From: Cognaticolwellia sp.
GTDB lineage: Bacteria > Pseudomonadota > Gammaproteobacteria > Enterobacterales > Alteromonadaceae
Reading direction: 5' to 3'
DNA length: 54,510 bases
Assembly: GCA_041616855.1 (NCBI GenBank)
Contig: JBFJQB010000001.1
Coordinates: 1-54,510 of the forward strand
Shown: positions 48,001 to 54,510 of the stretch, in pieces
How the letters are laid out: each line of letters begins with the position of its first letter
How positions within the stretch are numbered: the first letter of the stretch is position 1
The notes under the pieces: model-generated
What the model saw: only the letters and a program-made list of their open reading frames with translations
What the model was told of the DNA's origin: nothing
Database searches by the model: none
Made by a program: the position numbers and the translations under genes

Positions 48001-50531
48001 GACTCGCGACTATTTAAGTGTTTTTCGGTATGTGCTGCTGTGATCCATTGCAACAGGTTTTGATGGGTGAATGTGACTCTTGCGAGCGTTCTGATGATTG
48101 CATCTAAAGCAACCAGTGCTTCATGCGGAAGAAAAGCAATTAAGAGTAACCAACGCCCCGTGTTAGATATGGCCTTCGTACAGATGCTTTGTCGATTTTT
48201 CCATCTAAATCGTCGAGTTATACTGAGGATAAAATGACCAACATTGTGGCCTACAGGTGAAATAATAGCAAAGGCGGTCCATACAATAGGCTCTCCCGGT
48301 AACCAAAGCCAACCGGCGATTAACCATAAAAGTAGTGTAATAGAAAGCAGGCTTCTACGCAGATTATCAATTATTTTCCAGCGTTCTATCAGCGCAATGT
48401 TATTGCGTTGAACACTGTTATCGCTTTGTCTAACGTAACGCCCAAGCCAAGGTATTAATTGCCAATCTCCACGTATCCAGCGATGTAATCGACGGACAAA
48501 AGCCAAATAATGGCTAGGAAATTCTTCATAGAGCACAATATCCGAAGCCAAAGCTACGCGCCCTTTTATACCTTCAAATAGGTCATGGCTTAATACAGTG
48601 TTTTCTGGCACACAATTGCTTAAACATCGCCTAAACGCGGCGACATCGTAAATACCTTTGCCGACAAAAATACCACTGCCAAATAGGTCTTGATAAACAT
48701 TAGAAACGGCTTGGCTGTAGATATCGATAATACGATCACCGGACGCTAACTTTGAAAACCAAGTCCCGTCAGCCCGCGTTGGCGCTATTTCGATACGCGG
48801 CTGTATAATGCTATATCCTGCAACTACCTTATTAGTTTTTTTATCAAAAACTGCGCGATTTAACGGATGTGCTAACGTGCCAATTAAACGTGCTGCCATA
48901 CCCCGGCTTAACTGGGTATCGCTATCTAAGGTAATAACAAAACGAATATTACGTAATGCCGAGTTATCCCCTTCTACGAGACTAAAGGAGTTACATGTTT
49001 CATCACTAAGGAAATGATTAAATTCCTCTAACTTCCCACGTTTGCGCTCCCAGCCCATCCAGCAGTCTTCACTTGCGTTGAACTTACGTTCACGATGAAG
49101 TAAGTGAAATGGCCTACGGCCCAAATCTCGGTACTTTTCATTCAAATTTTTTATTCCCTCACAAACAAGAGCTAAAAACTGCTCATCTGTTGGCGACGTC
49201 GCGGCTGTGGCATCTAAATAATCGGTAAGGAGAACAAATTGCAATGCTGGGTCATTATTAGATAAATAGTGACGCTCGATAAGCTGCAATAATGTCTCTA
49301 TTTCCTCAACACTCCCTAGTAATGTAGGTATAACAATCGCCGTGGGAAATTTAGCATTTATTGCTTTATCGAAATCAAGTTTATTTAACACACGAGGAGG
49401 AATCAAACAGCTTATAATCCAATGCCATGTTGACACGGCTAGCATCGATGCGGGCACAAGCGTCAACAACGCGCCAAGCACCCATTGAGCTATATTTGCC
49501 CCGTTTAAATATAAATAATAAAGCGCAATTGATTCCGTTATTACTATGAATACTGTTAAAGCCAATATATAGCCACAAACAACATGCTTTTGTAATAGTC
49601 GCTTGCCCCTTAGAAGCCATGAAATTTTATAGTTTACTTGTTTTTCCAAAAAAAATTGCCCGTTGTCCACTAACCAGTATCCGACATGGCGCTGTCGTTC
49701 ATTCTCTGGCTGAGATTTTTGGGCGAGTTGTATCACATGCTGTGATATTTCTTTCTCACTATAAGCCGTTGCACGCGCTAATTTCTCTACCGTTTTACAA
49801 TATCTGTCACGACTTTCAAAGTCTAAATTGGCATAGATAGCAGCAGGATCATTTCGTAATTCTTTTTCGACAACACTGACCTGCTCAAAAAAATCTCGCC
49901 ATGGAATAGTTTCTATGACGGAAAGACAATGTAGTGCTCTCCCCAAGCAATCAATATCGTCAATTGTATTGACTTCAGGCTGCCAAGCACTGTTGGTTTT
50001 ATAAGGCAGGTTAATGTTAGGCACAATGCGAACGACACTGGTTATAACCAACTCTATACAAGCCAATCTCAATAGCGTAGGTATTGCCCATAATTCTGCG
50101 ATGTCTAGAGCGGACTCTTTTTGATAAGCCTGAATGAAATTTACCAAGATGGGCATCGCTACTTGTATTCCACCCGCAGTAAGTAATCCACTGGCTAGAT
50201 GATACGCTCTGGGTAAAAAACTATCATCGGTATTACTGTCAATACTGGGTAACAGGTTGTAGTAATCCGTTGGCATATCGATTTTTATTTTTTGTAAGGC
50301 TCGGTCTATAACGTAGCTGTTATCAAATATCCATTCAGCTACTTTCGCGGTATTTACATCTGCGGTATTAAACGTGCTTTTTGCATTGTCTAGCCATCTG
50401 GCAACCTTTGGTAGCGCAATGAGCAGCGGTATTTTCTCAGGCTGACGTGACGATAAAATATGATTAAAGGCTAATTCTTGCGCTTTAATTTCGATAAACC
50501 CTGCATTTGACACATCAAATTCATAGCTCAT
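42012..50531 (-). CDS. ndvB: Cyclic beta-1,2-glucan synthase/phosphorylase (Cgs/NdvB/ChvB-like; GT84, transglycosylase domain and GH94)
   Basis: 2839 aa. GT84 motifs WERKRGKL, TLDSDT, SHDLFEG, RLHRWIRGDWQL; TM segments; middle domain PPDNYQE, TSPTNIG, STVDSGNL, YDLLASEAR, MFEYLMP, PWGISES, MAHHQGM; GH94 motifs GAYGFRDQLQD, GDWNDG, ENGGQYTH, WYTGS. Confidence 0.93.
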   Translation of the reverse strand: MSYEFDVSNAGFIEIKAQELAFNHILSSRQPEKIPLLIALPKVARWLDNAKSTFNTADVNTAKVAEWIFDNSYVIDRALQKIKIDMPTDYYNLLPSIDSNTDDSFLPRAYHLASGLLTAGGIQVAMPILVNFIQAYQKESALDIAELWAIPTLLRLACIELVITSVVRIVPNINLPYKTNSAWQPEVNTIDDIDCLGRALHCLSVIETIPWRDFFEQVSVVEKELRNDPAAIYANLDFESRDRYCKTVEKLARATAYSEKEISQHVIQLAQKSQPENERQRHVGYWLVDNGQFFLEKQVNYKISWLLRGKRLLQKHVVCGYILALTVFIVITESIALYYLYLNGANIAQWVLGALLTLVPASMLAVSTWHWIISCLIPPRVLNKLDFDKAINAKFPTAIVIPTLLGSVEEIETLLQLIERHYLSNNDPALQFVLLTDYLDATAATSPTDEQFLALVCEGIKNLNEKYRDLGRRPFHLLHRERKFNASEDCWMGWERKRGKLEEFNHFLSDETCNSFSLVEGDNSALRNIRFVITLDSDTQLSRGMAARLIGTLAHPLNRAVFDKKTNKVVAGYSIIQPRIEIAPTRADGTWFSKLASGDRIIDIYSQAVSNVYQDLFGSGIFVGKGIYDVAAFRRCLSNCVPENTVLSHDLFEGIKGRVALASDIVLYEEFPSHYLAFVRRLHRWIRGDWQLIPWLGRYVRQSDNSVQRNNIALIERWKIIDNLRRSLLSITLLLWLIAGWLWLPGEPIVWTAFAIISPVGHNVGHFILSITRRFRWKNRQSICTKAISNTGRWLLLIAFLPHEALVALDAIIRTLARVTFTHQNLLQWITAAHTEKHLNSRESSGYFWQEMAPGVLLTCLIAILVIYTNASVLPIAGPFLILWLLAPEIARRISQPLPKITEQLDENDVVFLRRLARRTWLFFETFVGPADYWLPPDNYQEDPHGIISHRTSPTNIGMMFLSNLTAWDFGYIGPTEFTSRVLASINSLAKLEHHRGHIFNWYNTQTLEVLEPRYVSTVDSGNLAAALLTLNEGCKTVEISPVFSPARWEGLMDTIALIEEAVAKLGKGDKTEYTTLSEHAVQIRNKAASARDNTDIWWLTIQEMCEYDCVEFDRHLVATLAKKSSVHGVSTLRNIRIWVGRTHQHLRDMQRDLDRLFPWLTILTCPTAPRHNQDAILYQDALLLLRRVLLPTLTLAEISPACLLATKVIMKLRAKKPHLWSAGQNNTIAIWLTTLEQQLISSEQNARQLQTDLNKIKQRSVAEVAGMDFRLLYDEPTRLFHIGWNDSAGEMDPNHYDLLASEARSASIVAMGKGEISTKHWFALGRSITKVSGKSVLISWGGTMFEYLMPRLLICSAEGTLLAQSELVAVDEQIKRGAKCSTPWGISESGYATVDIQHNYQYRAFGVPSLGFKRGLELDTVIAPYASALALAIYPKRATANLKRLTRLGMLNLYGMYEAIDYTPNRIPRNRDFAIVRSHMAHHQGMVFVALANVLLNEPHVQRFQRSTIVQTVDLLLHEQLALDSTPEFPTDAITKAEAVLEDKVHNLPQLQAWKPLLSGAYPELHVLGNGRFNTLITESGAGGLNWRHNALTRWQPDISQESLGLWIYICDQDSGEIWSVGRLPVNKSSKKYDVVFHPHMVEFHRQDYGISLRMDITVSANDDVEIRRMTLINDTDKARRLSVTTYAEVVLTTPSSDERHPAFSKLFVHSELATSLDALIFERRSREPQEKSPALMHRLVADSKAVKLHSFETDRAHFIGRNGSAQNPQGLSTGLSETLGWTLDPIMSLQATVELPEFATEKLAFVTIASSSRRSLFEIAHCYEVLSSVDLIFHDALFKASLDMKQCEYIVPYLPQLQIILSVLIQSHPTLRGEEKLIKNNQMNQSTLWSFGISGDLPMLLFRLHEVSNVALLRVLVCAHKQWHLKGLEIDLVILHEGNSGYNDEMNNRVLQLSQEIGVEALLGQRSGVHLLHLGRMSIEQCHLFSAVAHVILSDKASLEQQLASHYQEVNRQPNFVATAPPIASDASMLLARRNDLICFNGLGGFSPKGDEYVMYLASGKTTPAPWSNILANEHFGCLVSESGGGYTWAINSGENRLTHWANDPVADRPSEIIYIRDEETGQVWTVTPAPIGTGELCEVTHSAGCSQWRSNSHQLEQQLTLYVAHQDPVKITRLALKNTQGKARRLTVTYYAELVLGVTRAKSAPHIVTEFDLNTKAILAKNVWHADFSERQTFLCSNQPVHGFTGDRTEFLGREAGYNMPAALSRWGLSGVVGAKLDPCAVLQIHVDVAANTEAEIVFFFGQGDNPEHTRALIEKWQQPQTAPDDRQKMQVRWSRLFNAVSVKTPEPTFDLMMNQWLLYQTLVCRVFARCGLYQSSGAYGFRDQLQDVMALVYAEPALARKHILASAAHQFDLGDVLHWWHPPSGRGVRTRCSDDLLWLPYVTANYVNITGDRTIFDEKIPFLTGDPLSEREENRYALYQSTSRGYTLFEHCKRALNRGINSTGEHGLLLIGSGDWNDGMDRVGVQGRGESIWLSWFAIAVIETFTALHELWPEDMSVHIWRDRAKALAQAIEKYCWDGKWYRRAYDDKGLPWGAARCQECRIDSIAQSWATLSGAATSQRAIQALQAASSELVDEKNKVVRLLWPPFDATMRDPGYIKAYPPGLRENGGQYTHAAIWLAWAHTRHGDGDRAMQLFQMLNPIEHSLNINAIETYKIEPYVMAGDIGSVSPHTGRGGWSWYTGSSAWAYRLGIEAILGIKYKGSFLTVDPCIPKSWHGYKATLTQDDGVINLCVEDSHGVGQGVGEISINGESIIGNSIPLPRRGAVLEVIVRLDK

Positions 50532-51523
50532 GAAACGGCTTGCGACGGAAAACGTGGTGCGGGCTCTAACGCTGAAACGTTGGTTTTAGCTAAGATGTCG
50601 CCCTGAGCTATTTGTCCTCTCAAAAGCATCACAGGTACCGGACAATGTGCAAGAAAATCAAGCGCCACTTTTCCACAAAACTGCGCTTTTTGATGAGAAT
50701 TACCATGCGCAGACATCACCACGATATCAATTTTTTGACTCTCAATAATTTTAAGCAATTCATCACAAACACGGTGGTGGTTGCTCAGCGACGTATTGAC
50801 AGGAATGTTTGTGATTGATTTTAATCGTGATTCAATTTTATTGAGATAATGTGAAGCAGCATTGCAGTTGTAATCATGAATATGTTGCTCTAACGCTAAC
50901 CCTTCTGGGCTTAATGGTTCAATATGTGTAATGCCTGACTCTGGTATTACGTGTGCGAGTACCATTTCACAGTGTTGATAATTCGCAATATTAATGGCAA
51001 AGGGTAAGGCACTTTCAGCCCAACTGGAACCGTCTAAAGGAACTAATAACCGACGGAATACCACGGTTGAATTATTGCGATGCGTTTTCATTTTTTCAAC
51101 GGTTTTGATCGGGATAAGTAAGATAGCATTTGGTGTGTTGGCAATTAATTTTTGCGTTGTACTGGCCAACGACCATTGAGATTTTCCATTCGAACCATGA
51201 CTGGAAAGTACTGTGAGATCAACATTATGTGTATTAACCCAAAAATTAATTTGCTCGGCAGGTCGCCCTTCCATTAATTCAGTATCGACAAGCACACCAT
51301 TATTACCTATTTCGGCTTTGATCTTATTAAGGTAGCCCCTTGCTTCATTTTTCCGCAATTCCCATTCAAAGCAATCAGTGGGTGTCAGTGAGTCGGGAAA
51401 TGCGTTTTCTAACACGTGCAATATCGTAATTTTAGCGCCGAAACTACGTGCTAAACTTACCGCGTACGGTATAACCTGTTTCGTTAATTCAGAACAATCA
51501 AGGCAAATGAGAACATGCTGCAT
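50528..51523 (-). CDS. Tandem-domain universal stress protein, translationally coupled to the Cgs-like gene
   Basis: Two Usp domains (VLICLD..SSHG; LLVPLDGS..SAHG..PVMLL); AAGGAG RBS; ATGA stop/start overlap at 50528-50531. Confidence 0.9.
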   Translation of the reverse strand: MQHVLICLDCSELTKQVIPYAVSLARSFGAKITILHVLENAFPDSLTPTDCFEWELRKNEARGYLNKIKAEIGNNGVLVDTELMEGRPAEQINFWVNTHNVDLTVLSSHGSNGKSQWSLASTTQKLIANTPNAILLIPIKTVEKMKTHRNNSTVVFRRLLVPLDGSSWAESALPFAINIANYQHCEMVLAHVIPESGITHIEPLSPEGLALEQHIHDYNCNAASHYLNKIESRLKSITNIPVNTSLSNHHRVCDELLKIIESQKIDIVVMSAHGNSHQKAQFCGKVALDFLAHCPVPVMLLRGQIAQGDILAKTNVSALEPAPRFPSQAVS

Positions 51524-51814
51524 ATCAACTCCTTAATAGTGAATGTTTTTCAGTGCATGAGTTTAGCTACCGGTGTGCAACAGAATTTTATCGAGTAATC
51601 AACAAAGGTCACAGCTATTACTGCACGAGGTTGTCAATATACGGTTTTGAATTTTTCTTAAACCTCACGTAACACTGAGTCTGTAGCAGTAACCCAAATA
51701 GTATATTTGAAGGGGTAATAATCGAAACTGACAATTGTCAGACAAGGTTAACCTTGTTAATTATCAGGAGAGTGACTTGAGGAATAAACTTAACGGCAAC
51801 TATATAATGGAAGG

Positions 51815-53091
51815 TTATGTTTGCCCAAAACCCTGTTCATATTTCACTATTATTTGGCCAATTTTATTTTTGGCTAATTTTTCCATATCCCCGAATGAAA
51901 ATGAGACCGAAATGGTGAAACGAGCGTTAGCAATAGTTGTCACCCTGACAACAGTACCAAAAATTATAATGGGATTTTCGTCATTTACTTCGATCGGAAT
52001 TTGAACCGCATCTCCGGCAAAATAAAACTGTGATGTTTCAAATAATACGCCACCAAAACAAATGTTCTGACAAATGCCTTCTACTATAGTGGTGCTATCA
52101 AAGTTTATTGCTTTAACTTTTATTTTTTTTATCCATGGTACCCTTAGATAATGGCGGTTTTCATTTTTAAACACTTTGATAGTATCTTTACCCGCGCCTT
52201 TAGCTTGATATAGCGCACTATCAGCAGAATATATAAGTTCACCTAATGTTTTAGCATGTGTAGGATACACTGCAAGCCCGCCACTAACAGAAACATTGAT
52301 TTTTAACTCGTCGTTAATAAAAGGAGTGCTTTTAACTTTTAATCGAATACGGTTACTTAATATCAAGGCATCTTTTCGGTCTGTATTAGGCATAATTATA
52401 ATAAATTCTTCTCCGCCGTAGCGCAGTGCAATGTCACTTTGTCGAATTGAACTTGACAACAATTTTCCAAATTGATTTAAAACAGAATCACCCATTTGAT
52501 GTCCATAGGTATCATTAATCAATTTGAAGTCATCTAAATCTAAAAAAACGAAAGATAACTCTGTATCTTCTCTTTGTGTTAACGCCAGCAAATGTGAGAG
52601 CGTGTCATTTAAACAGTTTCGGTTAAACAATCCCGTTAAGTGATCAATAGTGGAGTGGTTGATTAAGCTGTCGAAGTGTTCACGCGTAGTAAGTTTTGGC
52701 TGCTTGATGACATTACGCTGTTGATTTGAAAAGTGATCACACATTACAGCAATTAGAGGCAAGGGGCGCCCTACTTGTTAAGCCATAAACTATGTTGATG
52801 TATCTCCCACCAAACGGTCACCGCTTCATCACAATGTATATGAAGATCTGCCAGCTCTTGAAAAATAATTTGACTTGCTAAACCATCATATGCACTTACA
52901 AAGTCATTGAGTTCCTTCAAAATTGTTAGATCGCAGGTAGACTGAGTAATGCAGGCCAAAATATCCGCCTTTAATAACGCAATAACAGCTCCTTCATCCG
53001 CCTTTTTCACAAAATCAGACTCTGATGACAACGACTTACCGATTACATATTGGGCATTTTCACCTTGCATAAAGCATTCTCTTTTTGACAT
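51815..53091 (-). pseudogene. Frameshifted diguanylate cyclase (N-terminal domain, GGDEF, PilZ)
   Basis: Track ORFs 52771-53091 and 51815-52762 join if one T is restored at ~52772 (AAG TA GGG CGC -> K L G R P L). The downstream part has DHLTGLFNR, DLDDFK, I-site RQSD, GGEEF, and PilZ RHYLR / NICFGG. Confidence 0.75.
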
Positions 53092-53467
53092 TTAAAACAG
53101 AAAGTCCCATTAAAAATCAATTGATTTCATTATCTGTTTACACTTGTTTTTCTGCTTTATATCAATAATGTAAAGTTAATCGCATTTCATCTTACAGAAT
53201 CTAAACTCAAAAATCTGACTATAAAAATTTTTGCCTATCGCTACAGATTGATAGCTACCATCATCGCTGCGTCATTTGAAGATAAATTCAACTCTCGTGA
53301 TGATTGACAGTTAGAATTACCGGTTACCGTGCAATTTCAATTGATTAAATTTACTTAGACTTGAAAGCTATGCCAGGAAAGCATGAAGAAATAATCCTGA
53401 GCATGCATTGTCATTTTATAACTAACAAGTTTTGATAAAGAAGCATCTTTTGTTTTCAAACACCACA

Positions 53468-54175
53468 TTAACTTTCAGCCAATATCTGTAAATGTTGTGT
53501 ATCAATGATGGTTACATGGCGTCGATCTAACTTAACACAGCCTTCTTTGCGCATATTAGTTAGTGTCCGACTAATCGTTTCAGAAGCAAGACCTAAATAA
53601 TTACCTATATCATCACGAGACATACTTAAATCAAACTCGGTATCAGAGCAGCCAAGTATTTTATAGTTCTCAGACAATTTCAGTAAAAATGCCGCAATAC
53701 GAGTATTTGCACTTTTTTTACCTAATAAGTGAATATTTTTGCTCTCTTGTTTGAGTTTATCCATTGTAAATTCAATCATCCAATGAGGTAACAACTGCTC
53801 AATGGCTGCTTCTAATTTATAAGTTGGTATAGCGCAAGCTGATGAGGTTTCTAGCGAAACAGCTGAAACCATATGTTGATTGAAAGGCAAGCTATCAAGC
53901 CCAATAACATCGCCAGGGCCGTAAAAGTTTAAAATTTGCTCTTCACCCTTTTTATTGGTGATAAAGGTTTTAATCGAACCTGACTTAATAACATATAAGC
54001 TGTCTAATTTATCACCGACTCGACATAGATATTCATTGGCTCTATATAATTGAGAGTGAATGTTATTTAAACTGGGCACACTATTTTTTACCTTTGTTAC
54101 AATACAATGTTTTTGCCTTGCACATGCGTTGCAAGAGTCCACCGAGACATAATTAATATTGCTGGTTTTGAACAT
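53468..54175 (-). CDS. FNR-type Crp/Fnr transcriptional regulator (divergent paralogue)
   Basis: N-terminal CNACARQKHC (C-x2-C-x5-C) plus central SAC, MSRDDIGNYLGL and recognition helix ETISR. ATG 54175 with a GGGG RBS. Confidence 0.9.
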   Translation of the reverse strand: MFKTSNINYVSVDSCNACARQKHCIVTKVKNSVPSLNNIHSQLYRANEYLCRVGDKLDSLYVIKSGSIKTFITNKKGEEQILNFYGPGDVIGLDSLPFNQHMVSAVSLETSSACAIPTYKLEAAIEQLLPHWMIEFTMDKLKQESKNIHLLGKKSANTRIAAFLLKLSENYKILGCSDTEFDLSMSRDDIGNYLGLASETISRTLTNMRKEGCVKLDRRHVTIIDTQHLQILAES

Positions 54176-54510
54176 ACATTTCCCCAAATTTCTCCACATA
54201 GACCTTAACAACATTGCTAGGCAACTATGACAAACATTTAAACGCTGTTATCCAAATAAGCATGGCCTATATTTGTAAATAACCGCATAGGGGGAAACCT
54301 GATATTACTCGCATGTTTTACCAGAGAATCATTGCTCTCATATTTTTAGCACTCGTGAAGATATCGTTCTTTTATGACAACACAGTGTTGGATGTATATT
54401 GCCCTTTTAAAAAAGCGATTTTTCCTTGTGGCTATAGTCGGTTGACATTTTTAAGTGTTGACAGTTTTAAAGGTAATAACCCGCAAGAACCCAGAAAATA
54501 ATAAAAACCC

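Noticed and set aside
42781-51179. Many short plus-strand ORFs over the cgs and usp genes (likewise over asnS, nfeD, the phosphorylase and Na/Pi genes)
   Set aside because: Antisense or alternative-frame shadows of well-supported long genes, with no recognisable motifs.
51735-52004. 89-aa plus-strand ORF
   Set aside because: Mostly antisense to the PilZ end of the GGDEF gene; TTG start and no motif.
54287-54303. ATAGGGGGAAACCTGAT as a NarL/LuxR-type site upstream of the FNR paralogue
   Set aside because: A single imperfect palindrome with no second copy seen and no cognate regulator in the window; not supportable.
54313-54501. 62-aa plus-strand ORF at the window end
   Set aside because: No RBS or motif; the region is rich in TTGACA-like elements and looks like promoter DNA for a gene outside the window.

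Overview
AT-rich marine gammaproteobacterial chromosome segment; gene content and order suggest Alteromonadales, probably Colwellia/Thalassotalea-like (inference). Bases 1 to ~20.7 kb are mostly core genes: partial sppA, ydjA nitroreductase, asnS, divergent bioA/bioBFCD with a BirA operator, pepE, an orphan HicB-type regulator preceded by an operator-like repeat array, fpr, several lipoproteins and hydrolases, an EAL-HDOD gene and yghU. From ~20.8 kb the window is accessory-like with a low-oxygen/stress theme. It holds an nfeD-SPFH-AMP-phosphorylase-like-prs operon behind a perfect FNR box, a Cys-less double nitrilase, and a tyrosine recombinase with a 12-8-12 palindrome upstream. It also holds a Na/Pi cotransporter, three universal stress protein genes, a lipoprotein cytochrome c behind an FNR-like box, and a CheB-CheR-PAS-histidine kinase fusion. 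The right end has a 2839-aa cyclic beta-1,2-glucan synthase/phosphorylase (Cgs/NdvB-like) translationally coupled to a Usp, a frameshifted GGDEF-PilZ gene and an FNR paralogue with intact Fe-S cysteines. The best candidate for an undescribed system is this FNR-linked Usp/Cgs/NMP-phosphorylase module. No rRNA, tRNA, CRISPR array or transposase was recognised. All calls are from motif reading by eye; no database searches were run.
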